A DNA stretch of 64,000 nt. Origin: Pelomyxa schiedti. Lineage: Eukaryota; Protista; Evosea. The notes under the pieces were generated by a model that was given only the letters and a program-made list of their open reading frames with translations, was not told the origin of the DNA and searched no databases. Each line of letters opens with the position of its first letter. Positions within the stretch are counted from its first letter, which is position 1. Of this stretch, positions 10,882 through 23,022 are shown in pieces. A program made the translations under genes and the position numbers. Where the stretch lies: NCBI GenBank assembly GCA_020536535.1, contig JAHLWZ010000848.1, forward strand, positions 11,994 to 75,993, written 5' to 3'.

Positions 10882-13277
10882 ATGAGTAAGTTTGGTGCGC
10901 TCAAGTGCGTGACTTGCGGCAAGTCGGTGTACCATGACCAATTGATCAACCCAGCGCCAACTATCACCATGCACAGAGACTGTTTCAAATGCGTAAAGGT
11001 GATATTATCACTTGCCCTTTTCTCGTGCTAGTAGTTGAAAAGATTGGAATTTATTTGTTTGCGTTTCTTTTCCTGTGTTATTGTAAAATCTTGTGATCTT
11101 GTCAGTGTTGGATAAATTAATTTTACTCTGAGCGTACTCTTTTCTCTTCTGTATAAGTACTGATATTCACGTAGTGTGGGAAGCAGCTGCATGTTGGCTT
11201 CTTTGGAGAACATGAGAAACAATACTATTGCTTGCATGACTTTAAGGCGCTTTCTGGTAAACCACCTTCAATGGCTGCTGTAACGATGGCAGCTTCTTTC
11301 CTTTCGAAGACAGCTGCAAAAACTACGGCCACCCCAAGTAGTCCTTCTACGGTCAAACCTGCTGTCACTGGAACACCAAAAACCCCTGGTGCACAGTCGA
11401 CACCAACGACCCAAAAGCCTCTCAGCGTTTCCAGCACAATTCCTTCCAGCACACTTAAGCCCGCAACTTCTACAGAGCCTAAAACAACCCCTGCTACAAC
11501 CACACAATCAAGCACACCAACTGAGACTCCTGCTAGTGCTAACAACACGCCATCCGAAACTCATACTCCAGCGCAAACACCTTCTACACCTTCTCAGCCG
11601 GAACCGGAGCGCTCATCACCAACTTCTAAGCCTGCTGTTTCTCCTACTCCTGCAACCAGCACTCCTGTTCAGGCACGTCTGAAAGGAGCACTTTCCGCTT
11701 CAGCACCTCTTACCGGAGGAAGTTCTACAACCGCCAAGCTGACTTCTGCAACCCAAGGTAACAACAGTTACCTCTCCTTTGATATGCTTACTTTATTTTA
11801 GTTCCTTCTGCAGGATCAAATATATCACTGATGGGTTCCGAGCTGGATCTCAGTGCACGGCAGGAAAAAGCCCATAAAGAACCAATGTGGGATGGTGTTG
11901 GTAGAGCTCCAGGCCTTGACATTTGGCGAATAGAAAATTTTCAAGTAAAGCGATGGCCAAAGGAACAATACGGTTCACTCCCTTTTTTCCTTTCTATCAT
12001 CAACAAGATTCAGGTTCTTTCTTTTCTGGAGACAGTTACATTATTTTAAGCACCACGGGGAGAGGAACAGGTTTGAGCTGGGATGTTCATTTCTGGCTAG
12101 GTGAATCCTCTACACCAGACGAAACAGGGACAGCTGCTTTCAAAACTGTGGAGCTGGTGTGCTTTTTGTTCAAGTTTGGGCTTTTCGTAACGCCCTCCCT
12201 CAGTATGACAGCTTAGGTGGAGGTCCTATCCAACACCGCGAAGTACAAGGACACGAATCTTCGAAATTCCTGAGTTACTTTGGGGGATCCATCACAATCA
12301 TGGAGGGTGGAATTGATTCTGGGTTTAAGCAAGCCGAAGAGGTTACAACTGTTGGGGCCAAAATGGAGCCAGTGCTTTACTGGATCAAGGGTACCAGGCG
12401 TAGGTGCAAAGTCTCCAAAGTGCCAACTTCCCGCGACAGCATGAATACTGGTTGTTTGAATTCAATAAATGTGTAACTCTAATTCTCAATACAGGAGGTT
12501 AATGACCTTGGTTTCCTACCTTTCCTCACCTTTGGTTAGACGTCTTTGTTTTGGACCTTGGTACAAAGATATTCCAGTGGAATGGCTCCGGTTCGTCAAT
12601 GATAGAAAGAGCTAGAGCACATGCAGTCTGCAATAGCATTTCTTTTTCAAGAGCTGGATTCTGTACAACAAGCACAATTGAACATGACGCCACGGATGAA
12701 GAATTCTGGGGTATAAGCCCACACAGTTTTCTCCTTCACATTTATCTAATTTCTCTGCCATAGCTCCACTTGGAGGCCGTGGCCCGATTAAGGCAGCTGA
12801 AGAAGGAGGACGCGATGATGAAGTGGAAGCTCAATTGGCAACAAAGCCACCGGCTACCTTGTTGCACTTATCAGATGCCTCTGGAACTATGACTTTTGAT
12901 CTTGTAGCCACAGGTATTAGTGTCCACTTTTCCCCCACCTACATTTCCCTCAGTCCTTGCGAAATAATACTTACCTCTCTCAACAGGTAACCTCCGCCGG
13001 AAAATGTTGGACTCTAGTGACGCCTATGGTGTGTTGTTTCTCCAAATTGCACCTCTTACTCTAACCCCACTCCAAAAAACCTATTACAGTTTTGGACATA
13101 GGGGAAGAAATATTCGTGTGGATAGGGAGGGGAGCCAGTGTGAACGAGCGAAAATTCGCAATGCAGTATGCAGTCCAGTACCTCCAATCCTCAGGCAAAT
13201 CGGTGTCCCTGCCAATTTCGTGCATCAATGAGGGCAATGAACCTGAGGGATTCTTCACTGCCTTCATCTACGAGTGA
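10882..13277 (+). CDS. LIM domain + Ser/Thr/Pro linker + three gelsolin repeats (severin/fragmin-like)
   Basis: [12 protein letters not shown]…HRDCFKCVK|CGKQL…YYCLHD; gelsolin G1 LDIWRIENF…GDSYIIL…HFWLG…HREVQGHES; G2 [16 protein letters not shown]; G3 [16 protein letters not shown]…EGNEPEGF. Confidence 0.9.
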
Positions 13278-13459
13278 GGGTTGAGAAACATTCCCAAAAA
13301 ACACCAAAACCAAACAATACAAGTACAACAGCATTTTTGTTTTGCTTTTAAATATCCTGGGGTGATCAAAATATGGGAGCGTGGTATTCACAGTTACAGG
13401 AAGAAGAGTGCCCACGAAGCTACTACAGATCCTGGCGTTTGTGGTGGGGTGCCTGATCG

Positions 13460-13733
13460 TTACATAATGCAAGGCGGAGCTTGGCGCAACATCTGCTCGA
13501 CGTACTCGAGTGGATCTGCCGGCTTAGCTTCCACCATTTTGATGCATATTTGCGCAAACACCTCTGTAGTTTTTTTTTTAATCAAAAACGACAAATTAGG
13601 GCGCATCTTCAACTGGGGCAGAAGTAGAACCATTCAGTCTGGACTGCTGCACAAACTGCTCGAACTTTTGTGATCTCTTCTTACTGACTACGGCAGCACC
13701 AACACCGACGCCACTCGTCGCGGCACTTTGCAT
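13460..13733 (-). CDS. 68-aa Dpy-30/RIIa-clan (MYCBP-like) dimerisation-docking microprotein
   Basis: Exons 13733-13631 and 13563-13460 joined by a 67-nt GT..AG intron with a CTAAT branch-like motif; 207 nt in total. Product: MQSAATSGVGVGAAVVSKKRSQKFEQFVQQSRLNEVFAQICIKMVEAKPADPLEYVEQMLRQAPPCIM. KPADPLEY is the D/D-domain hallmark. Confidence 0.8.
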
Positions 13734-13834
13734 TTTTCACGTTTTCGCGAAATTCGCGTTTGGTTTCGTTTTGTTGTTTTTGTTGGTTTTTGGCGCGCAG
13801 TGGGAAAACACTGAGGTGGTGTGATGCTGTTGTG
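13734..13834. promoter_or_regulatory. Putative bidirectional promoter / 5' UTRs (101 bp)
   Basis: Interval between divergent ATGs at 13733 (-) and 13835 (+); CpG-containing with a T-rich tract. No specific element identified. Confidence 0.5.
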
Positions 13835-15576
13835 ATGCACAAAACACTGGGGATTGTGAAGCCAGACGTGTACGCGAGAACTGGTGCCATGCGTGCTGTG
13901 CGTCGGGAAATTGCGCGGAATGGGTTCAGTGTGTTGGACTCTATGGTAAATGAATGAAGTTTCAAGACTACAAACTGCAGTCATTGGGACTCACCCTAGA
14001 TTGTTGATGTATTTTGTTTTTGTTTTTGTTTTTGTTGTTTAGGTTGTACAATTTGATGAGCAAATGGTGAATGAATTCTATGCTGAACATCGCAGCAAGT
14101 CTTTCTTCAAAGATATATTGGAGTACATGACCAGGTTTTTTTTTTTTTTTCTTCTCCTTCGGCTGGCAAGTTCTTCTTACTGATGCTCCTTTCACATTAT
14201 AGTGGGCCTGCTTATGCTATGCTCTTAGGAAGAATGCACGAAGCAGTGGACACCTGGAGGGATTTAATTGGCCCAACCCTTGTTGAAAAGGCACAGGCGA
14301 CAGCACACAAATCGTACCTTGCGAAAAGGCTTTCACTTTAAGTGATTTTTTGTTATAGATTGAGAGCAAGGTTTGGGACAAAAGGTGGTCAGAATGGCTT
14401 CCATGGAAGTGATTCTCTTATTTCAGCAAACAGAGAAATCCATTTTTTTTTCCCGAATGGTTTTTCCTCTTTTCAAGCAAACTTATTAACTTAGAACAGC
14501 CCGTCTCCCTATTGAATGCCTCCCACCATCCAAAAATTATCTGGACCAAACTCTGACTCCAGTCTTACAGCAAGCCCTAATTGCATTATGTAATGAAAAG
14601 CCTGCCGATCCTTTTGTATGCAAATACAATACCTCTACACAACCAATTGTTACTGCAGGTCTTTCTTGCTGACTGGCTATCTAATAATAACCCAAACAAG
14701 CCGGTATTCATATTTTCCTCATGAAGTGTTGCAGAAACAGACTATTAATTTTATCCCAGATATCTATGCCAGTTGCTATTGACCAAAGCAGTGATATTAG
14801 AATTGTGTTTGTTTTAGGTTATTCTATTATTAGGCTAAGTCCATTTGACATCACCTAGGCTCTCCTGGTAGTGGCAAATGTCTTTATTGCCAGTGGATTG
14901 CCGAAGAATGCCCTGGAATTGCACATTATAGTGTTGGTGATTTGCTTAGGTCTGAGGTGGATAGAGGGTCCTCACGAGGCACTCCTATTTCTAGAGCCAT
15001 GAAGTTACTTCCTCCCTTGCACATTCTTTCTAATTTGTATTAATAGGGAAGGTACTCTAGTTGAGACGGAGATTGTGATGCCACTAGTATGTCAAGCAAT
15101 AAACACCGTTCCACAAGGGACACACACAATCCTCCTCAGTGGATTTCCACGATCTTTGGAGCAGGCCACCCAATTTGAAGAGCAAGTACCACATGCCCTT
15201 ATCTCTCTAATAATAATTACACAATCCGAATTCCTGCCTGATGTATTTGTTAATCAATACACAGGTGAAACCATGTGAGTTTGTTCTCAGCCTAGAACAC
15301 CCACCCGACCGAGTTTATTCACGAACCGGAATGAGCTCGAGGAAATCCCTGACACGCTCAACGGGGGTCACTCCCAGAACTTCCAGAAGAGTTACTTTCG
15401 AGAAGGAAACTGTGCCGATTGTATCTCACTTTGACAAAATTGGCAAAGTTGTGCATGTACGTTGGGCAAAAGCACTCACTCCTTTGTACCCTACTCACAA
15501 AATTTCAAAGGTTATTGTGGATGCAAGTAAGGAAGCTGCGGTACGTGAACAGCTCGTACAATTGTTTAAGGTGTAA
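13835..15576 (+). CDS. NME5/RSP23-like nucleoside diphosphate kinase + Dpy-30 motif fused to an adenylate/UMP-CMP kinase-like domain
   Basis: KTLGIVKPD…FYAEH…MT|SGP…LRARFG…NGFHGSDS…REIHFFF (NDK with catalytic His); YLDQTLTPVLQQALIALCNEKPADPF|VFLADWL (Dpy-30); IVFVL|GSPGSGK…SVGDLLR…LLSGFPRSLEQA…ETVPIVSHF (AK fold). Confidence 0.9.
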
Positions 15577-15671
15577 ATAAGGAGTGTAAAAATGAGGTTT
15601 CTTTTAAAGTTTGTTTTGTACTTTTCTTTGGGATTTTTTTTGGTACTATGTTGCTATAGCAATACATCCAG

Positions 15672-16695
15672 TCAAGATCTTCCTGACCAGTGGGAAAGTG
15701 CTGTTTTGAGCTCATTCTCCATTCTACTCAGGTGGTTGAAAATCAAGCCAGTGACTGGAACAATGTGGGCCAATCCCGGGTCACTAGTTCCTCCTTTGCT
15801 AGTGCTGTGACAAGCAGCACTAGATTCCGCACTACCAGTGCAACAAACAGTGCTCGCCGATAGCTTTTCATACAACAGTGTGTCATTGTGTGAAGGGACT
15901 GGGTCACCAAACACCAATTTCTCAAGCCTCTTCATCTCTCGTATGTACTCTAGGTCTCTCATGCTCTCAATAGCAATCTCGGAATCTTCGTGTGGGAGTG
16001 AGTTGAGAAGTGTTTGAAGCTGTTCTGGAGAGAGTTCATTTATTGACTTGCGAGACTGAAGTAGGTATCTGTGAAGGTGTCAAAGTTAAAAACGCATAAA
16101 TGGAAAAAAACCTCAAGAAACTTTCCAGTAATTCTACATAATCATCAATGCGTTTGTAAATAACCTTCCGCAAACTAGCAACCAGGTCTCTTTTCAGTTC
16201 AGAAGAAGTGGGAGTGTCACTGAGCAATTGGTGAATTATTTCCAAGTCCCTGGAGAGAGCTTCCAGTGATTTTGGCCTTTGATCGATATAGTTGTACGGT
16301 AATGCCGAAGTGTCATAGCCCCTGTGCTCCAACCACTCTTCAACCTACATAAAAAAACCTCAGAACGGCACTGGTAAAGATGCATAAAAATGGGCCAGCA
16401 CATAGAACTCACCTACCTTCGATTCTATCAAATTGAGCCACCACTGTGTCAAGCCGTGTTTTTTTGCCCCCGAAGTAATCGACGCCACCAATGCCGTGTA
16501 CGGCGTTATCCCCTCCTCAATTCTTACTCTTATCACATCCCCGAACACGCCCTCGGTCTCGCTCTCACCCTGGTCACTCCCGAGGCAACAAGAACTCTCA
16601 TCGCCATTGCCGCTGCCGCTGCCGGTGCCGGTACTACTGCTTGTAGTATTTTCCGCCGTAACAATGTACTCACAACCACAAGATCCACTGTGCAT
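15672..16695 (-). CDS. Hypothetical protein (3 exons)
   Basis: Three ORF fragments join in frame across two GT-AG introns; no recognisable domain. Confidence 0.6.
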
Positions 16696-16932
16696 GATAA
16701 TCTACACCTTGTATGTTATGAACAGTAAGTGTCTCGGTCAGATCTTCTTGGTAATTACGCTAGTCACACGTGGGTGCCGTCGACACGTGTCTGACTTGAT
16801 TTTTCTTTTTTCTCCTTCGGACAACCAAAACAAAAATCTGGTAAACTGGAAAAACTGTTTTAGGAGTGAGACTTAGGTGTGTTACTGTACAATGTGGTAT
16901 GGAATATAGTGGGAGTAGATCACAGAGATGAG

Positions 16933-18498
16933 TTATGCACCCCCACCAGCTGGGGCTGTGTTGGAAATGATGATTTCCTGGAAAGGAGGTTAATCAAAGT
17001 GCCGAAATTCGTTGGAACGATGGGTGGGCGTACCTTGACGTCGTTGAAGAGTTGTTTGACAATCTTGGTGTCGGTGGCACACACCATGTGGGTGTAGATT
17101 TGTTTTTTTGAGGAGTCCATATTTAGGAACTGGTTTTTGATGTACTCGGCCGCCTCAGCAAAAGTGTTTCTGCCTGTGAATAACATCATATATGTTAGAA
17201 TGTCGCTAGCGCATGCGTTTCCAAATTACCTCGGTACTCGGGAAAGCAAACTGTAAGAGGCACACGTGAAATTTTTTCCTCAAATGTGTCTCTTTTGTTG
17301 AGGAAAACAATTATCTGAGAGTTTCTGAACCATGGCAGTCCAGAGACTTCCTATATTACAGTAAGGGATATATCTTCCGACCGTAGAGTTGTTACCTTAA
17401 ACAACTTCAGAGATTCTGACATTCGATTTGTTTCATCATTTTCATATAGCCGGAGGTCATACTCACTGTTTATGATAAGAACTGGATGAATTCCTTGAAG
17501 GATTACCTCAAAGCTACAACATAAAGTACTGCTGTTACATCTTGAAAGCAGTGCAACCACTTTCTTCTTTCATTCCTTTGTCCACCAACATCCACCATTC
17601 TACATTGATAACAACCATCAGTGCGGAAAAGCAGCCTGGAAATCAGAAATACCGGTAAGTGAAATTTCCCTCTTTGAAGGCTAGTTCATGAATTCCAGTT
17701 GTCTTCACACGACACCGAAGAATATCCTGTTAAACTTGGCTGAGAAACTTATGAATAGTGGAATAGAAAAACACTACATCTTGAGTGGGCAGATAGGAGG
17801 GATTGGCTAAACGGTCCACACTCTCAATATAACTGAGACATAGTTAGACGAAAAATAAAGTGCCGGATCTAGTACTATTGGGCACAGTCAAGAAGCTGGA
17901 ATTCAGCAGCTCTGAAAAAGCATTGCTTTATCCCTGGATCGGCCCACAAGGCTTTTATTTGAGAGGCCAGCTCCGGTGAAATAGGTTCCAAATAGTTCTG
18001 AAGTGCGGGGTCTGTTGCAAACGTTTGCACTAATTCCTTTTGAATTTTGGGTCAGTAGTGGACTACTTTGAACGCTTTTCAATATATGTGGCTTCTCGAA
18101 AACTAGATAGCAAAAAGTAAGATAGCAACCTGGTGCTCTGGAGCAACAGGGATTCGCAAGTGCAAGCATGCAGCACATAGAGTTCTCATCGATGAGACAC
18201 AATTATTAAAAATAACTGGCTTGAACTTTCTCAGCTCCTCATCATTGTAGCCGTTACAGAAGAGAATTTTCATCTGTTTTACAAGTGTGCTCTTTCCAGA
18301 CTCGCCAGTACCTGAACAAAACAAAGGTCAACAACAACACGAAATGTCACCAAGGCAATATGGCTCTCAAAACAGAGGAACAGCAAAAGTACCCAATAGA
18401 AGCAGTTTAAACTCCCTCTGTAACTCATCACTCCAGTGAGTCAGCTGTTCATCAATTTGTTGGTTCCTTTTATCTTCAACAGACACACAACACCCCAT
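16933..18498 (-). CDS. Heterotrimeric G-protein alpha subunit
   Basis: MGCC N-terminus; KLLLL|GTGESGKST; RVKTTGI; [12 protein letters not shown]; FLNKRD; CATD. Confidence 0.96.
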
Positions 18499-18830
18499 GC
18501 TGCTTCGATTTTGTATTAATATTATTGCAATAAAAAAATGTTTGGTGCCTGTTTCTTTCTTTCCGAGTTTCAATGAAGCTTGGCAGCCATGTTGTCTACC
18601 AAACGTGCAATGCTGCACCATTCAACACGAAAAAGGGAGAACTAAATAAGGAAACTAAAAGCGAACAAAAGGTACATGACAACTAAAATAACAGAGTGCA
18701 TTATACTTACAAAGCGGGGTGATGAGAAAGTGCGGGGCAATGAGGGGTGTCAACCGCATAACTCTGCAGGAGATATGGGTATGTCTAATGGTAGTAGTGA
18801 TAGAAAATTGGAATCGCGTGGGTGTGCGAT

Positions 18831-21800
18831 TTAGTGGAACATGGAGAATAGGTGGTTGGTGATGATGACGCTAAATGGCGGCCTTTTGGCTGGAGGGTCT
18901 TGCCAGCAGGCTCGGATAAGTGATACAACTTCCGGCTCCTCGGATTCCAGACGTTTGGAGATTGTTGGCCGGTGGTTTTTGAATCCCTTTTTTTGGGATG
19001 AATGAATGTTATGGAATAAGGAAAACATACCACTTGTTGTATAAGCTGTTCAAAAGTGAGGGAGAGTAGAGGGGTTTCTCTGTGAAACCAGGACCAAAGG
19101 CAAAGTGCGAAACTAGGATTAATTTGAGAGCACGTTCCGGCATGGGTAACTGGTTACCTATATACATCAACCTTTTCGTTGTATTTATTTCCTCTCAAAA
19201 GCTCTGGGCCCATCCTGCCAAGAGGTTGGTTACAAAGGTTTAACGCTGACACTACCATATTGGAGTTCCAACTATCTCAGAAAGATTGGGTAACCGCTTC
19301 ACACAGCTCAGACCAAAGTCGATTAATTTTATTGTGGAACTAATAACAACTGAGTCAATGGGTAAAAGTATACTACTGATACGTTGTTGGATCATATATA
19401 ACGTTACTAGGCTTCACCTATTCAAGAATTAGAAACTGCATTTGCCAGAGAAAACACACATCACGGTGCACTATAGGAGGGTCTTGAAGGTGCAAATAAT
19501 TAAGGCCTACAATGAGGTTAGTGAGGGGTGGAGCCAATGAAGAACAAAAGGAAAAAATCACCCAGAGCAGTATGGTATGCCACACGCAGAATATCTTTTC
19601 TGTGCATTGCTGGTTTCATTGTCTCCATGTGATCCATCGAAACACCAGGAACAAGCTCCATTACAATCGCCTTGTGCTTTTGGGTACTTGCTCCCATAAA
19701 TAGTACAATGTTGGGATGTCGTAGTTTGCTGGATCCTGTAAGTGAGATGGAAAAATAATAAACGTGCACCTTAATATGGATATTTCTTGCTTGAAATCAG
19801 CCAATAAATCCACAGTGAATTGTGTAGTCAATAGAACTATAACAATACACTCAGTGAATGGTTCAGTTTTGGGTTGTGGTTTACTTGTGGGACATACATT
19901 TTACTGCAACAGGGCATCCCCTCCAAGTAGCTTTGTGAACTTTTCCAAAAGTGCCTTCACCAATGCATTGTCCTAGAATGGTCAGAACTGACACATATCA
20001 AGTATACCTACCCATTTGTAGCTGATCAAATGGAATTTCCCAGTCAAAAGTGTCCGGCAATCTAAGTACAGGTGAGGGGGGGAAAAAGGTAATACAACAT
20101 GTACTTGGTGAATTCTGTTACATATTTATTGAGGTCCCATTTGTATTGAACTGCTGCTTGAACAAATCTGTCAACAAGAAACGGAACATTTGCCATTATT
20201 TTGGGTGGGTGAAATTGAAGCATACTCATCAAATGTGACCTTGCCAGATCGATTTGTATCTATTTTATTGTATATGCAGTTTACTTCCGGCCATGTTATC
20301 TCCTTGTAGATGATCTGTGTACTATAAGAATATTTTCGGGCAAGATAAATTTACCTTCAAAAGTTTGTACAGCTCGTCTACATCAATAAGGCAGTCTTTA
20401 TCTAGAAGTGAATAAGTGAGACTGGAAAAGACAACAAAAGAAAGAATACTTTTGTCAGCCAACTGGAAAGCTCTAAATGCTTGAGCATTAAGCTGGTCTG
20501 ATATTTCCACATGACTACTTGAACTTTCAGGCTGCATATCTGCCCGATTAGCAGTATTTTGTGGTTCTGGATTGTTGGCCATATTATTTGCCTCAAGCAC
20601 ACTGGTTGTAACGCCGCCACTGCCAGAGCCATTTGGAACTTGCTCAGTTTGAGAAACTGGATTACCACGATGAGAATGTCTGCCAGCATTATTCGGAATG
20701 CTTTTTTGTGTAGATAACGATTTTTCAAGACCGTGATATCCTGGAAGTGTTTCATGTTTTGCTTCATTGTCAGGCTTGAGTATTGGTTTGTTGCTGCTTG
20801 GAGAATTTGCTGGGGGTACAGTGTGAGTAATGTTGCCAGTTTGTACTGGTGAAGCTTGTGTCATTCTGAGTTGTTTGGAACTGGCAATGGACTTCCTGAG
20901 AGTAGGTTCGGTACTGATGCACGAGCGCTGAAGGTGACCTTTGGTAACATCACAAAGGAGTTGAGTTGTTGGTCTTAAAGTCTCTAGCTCAAATTGGCGG
21001 GACATTGGCCGAGCTAGCCATGTTTTATTGAAAATGTCACTTACACCACCTCCATGGCCAGTAGTAGAACCAACCCCAAGGCCAGCCACAACTCCACCAA
21101 TTCCTACAACACCAAAGCCTGCCCCAATTCCTCCTCCGCCAACACACACAGGTGGAGGAGGATAGTTCAGCGTGTGAGTTTTGTAAAAATCTGTCCGAAT
21201 GTCTGGCATGGCAATTGCTGATGACACAAGAGTATTTTTTGGTGGGGCCTGATTACAGGCAAATGTAGTACCAGGCTTGAAGTTGAGTGGTGGCAGATGA
21301 GCATTACTTGGCTTTCTTGAGTTATGGTTTGTCAGGGAAGGAAACGTGGGCTTATAGAACGGAGTAACTAGTTTAGCAACAGCTTGTGCTGCCGCTTCCA
21401 CTTCGGCGGCAGCTGCCGTAACCTCTATTTGGCGTGAGGGTCAAAATACTAAACTGGAGTAGTACCGTTTTTAGCTAAAATGGTAGCATCACTGAGATTT
21501 CTTTGTTTTATTGCGGGAAGTGCTGAGCAAGAAGATTCACGATGGATTGGTAACACTGAGTTCTGCAAACGCTTTCGTTTGTACTCTTGCTTATACCCCA
21601 AGCTTTCTGTTGCAACCAAATTAAAATGAGATACATCTGGGAGGGATACCTTGCTTGCTGGTCAAGATACCTTCACTCGGACTTGTTGTTATTGATGAAA
21701 ACTTTGGAACCTTCCCACTGTCACAATCATCCATCTTTACAGGACCATTATCTCCATTTACATGCATATGATTAGCCCCATTGCCATTTTCGTGCACATT

Positions 21801-22667
21801 GACGGCATTGGGGTCAGTGAATTTTCTACTGCTGGTACGGGTACTAGTGCTCGTACTGATATTGTTGCTGTTGCTATTGCTATTGGTACAAGTGTTCATG
21901 TTCGTGTTTGTGTTGTTGCTCTTTCCATTGCCTTCAATACCGTAGCATTGCGAGCTCTCCAACGCTAGGTTTGAAGTCACGCCGGGTGGTTGTGTGTCAG
22001 ACGGCTGTGATGGCGTGTCCCAGCACACCGCTAGGCCGTTTTTGAGCCGCGAGCCACTTCCTTTCATGCTTTTGTTGTTGTTGTTGTTGTTGCTGCTGTT
22101 CTTTTCGTTGTTGTTATTGCTTGAGGTTGTGGTTGTGTTTGTTTGGGTTGTGACAGTGACTGTTGTTACAGTTGTTGTGGTAGCTCTGAGTGGGTGTTTT
22201 GCTTCTTCGGGCCTCTCTTTCTCCTTCCCATAATTCCTGGTAGCACCCAAGGGGTTCTTCCCCTCGGCCGCCGCCCGCCTACCACTCCCGCTCCCGCCGC
22301 CGCCGCCCCGGGTCCCGCTCCCGCCCCCTGGCCCGCCTGTTGTGCACCTCCGGTTGTTGTAGGAACCCCCCCGCCCGGAGATGGCCGTCCTCGTGGGCTT
22401 GCGGGTGGAGGCGGAGAGCGGCACCGCGTGGTGGGGCACTTCCCTCCCCCGGCGGCCCTTGGGCCTCGCCGCGCCCCCGCGGGGCGCCACGGCCGACCGC
22501 GCCAGGGCCGAGACCGCCGCTGCCGTGGTCGGCATCCCGCCGCCAATGTCGTAGCATGTCGCCGTGGGCGTGGCCGGGCCGGGGCTGGGGCGCGGGGGGG
22601 CGGCAGCCGACGCGCTAGCGGGCGTCTGCGGCCGCGTTTGTTGCTGCTGCTGCTGGCCAACGTCCAT
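18831..22667 (-). CDS. TKL-group protein kinase with EF-hand pair and long low-complexity N-terminus
   Basis: GEGTFGKV…VAVK, QEISIL|SKLRHPNIVLFMGA, HRD|VKPSN, DFG, GTPI|WMGPE, CWQDPPAKRPPF. EF-hands DK|DKDCLIDVDEL and DTNRSGKVTFDE. Start (MDVGQQQ) is inferred. Confidence 0.88.
22072..22125. repeat. (TTG)n-rich microsatellite tract encoding poly-Asn in the kinase
   Basis: Runs of ttg triplets are visible directly. Confidence 0.8.
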
Positions 22668-23022
22668 TGCTATTGCTCTTAGGTTGTGGAGATTTTCGCT
22701 TAGGCTAAAGACGAAAACTTCAGAGAGATCGGGGGTTTCCTGTTCTGTGGGCCCATCACCCTCTTCCACTGATGCTCTGAAACTTGCATGCACTGTGCAT
22801 CACACTGGATGGGGCACGCAATCCAAACTCAGAAACAAAGAAAGTTGCCATCTACTGTGGGTTTCCCACGAAAAAATTTATCGTCTCAACAACGAATCGG
22901 TGCACGTCAAATGGTACCTGTGTTCCTGCATAAAGTCACAAAGACACTGTCTATTATATTCCAATTTCCTTCACCACTCTAGCCACCAACATATTTTTTT
23001 TTCCCTCATCATCTCTTGCAAC

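Noticed and set aside
15672-16695. Possible C12orf4/FERRY3-like N-terminus
   Set aside because: The similarity is too weak and the protein too short to support the call.
16760-16795. CACGTG E-box motifs upstream of several genes (also ~57027, ~60680, ~63841)
   Set aside because: Similar numbers occur inside coding exons; no enrichment can be claimed without statistics.
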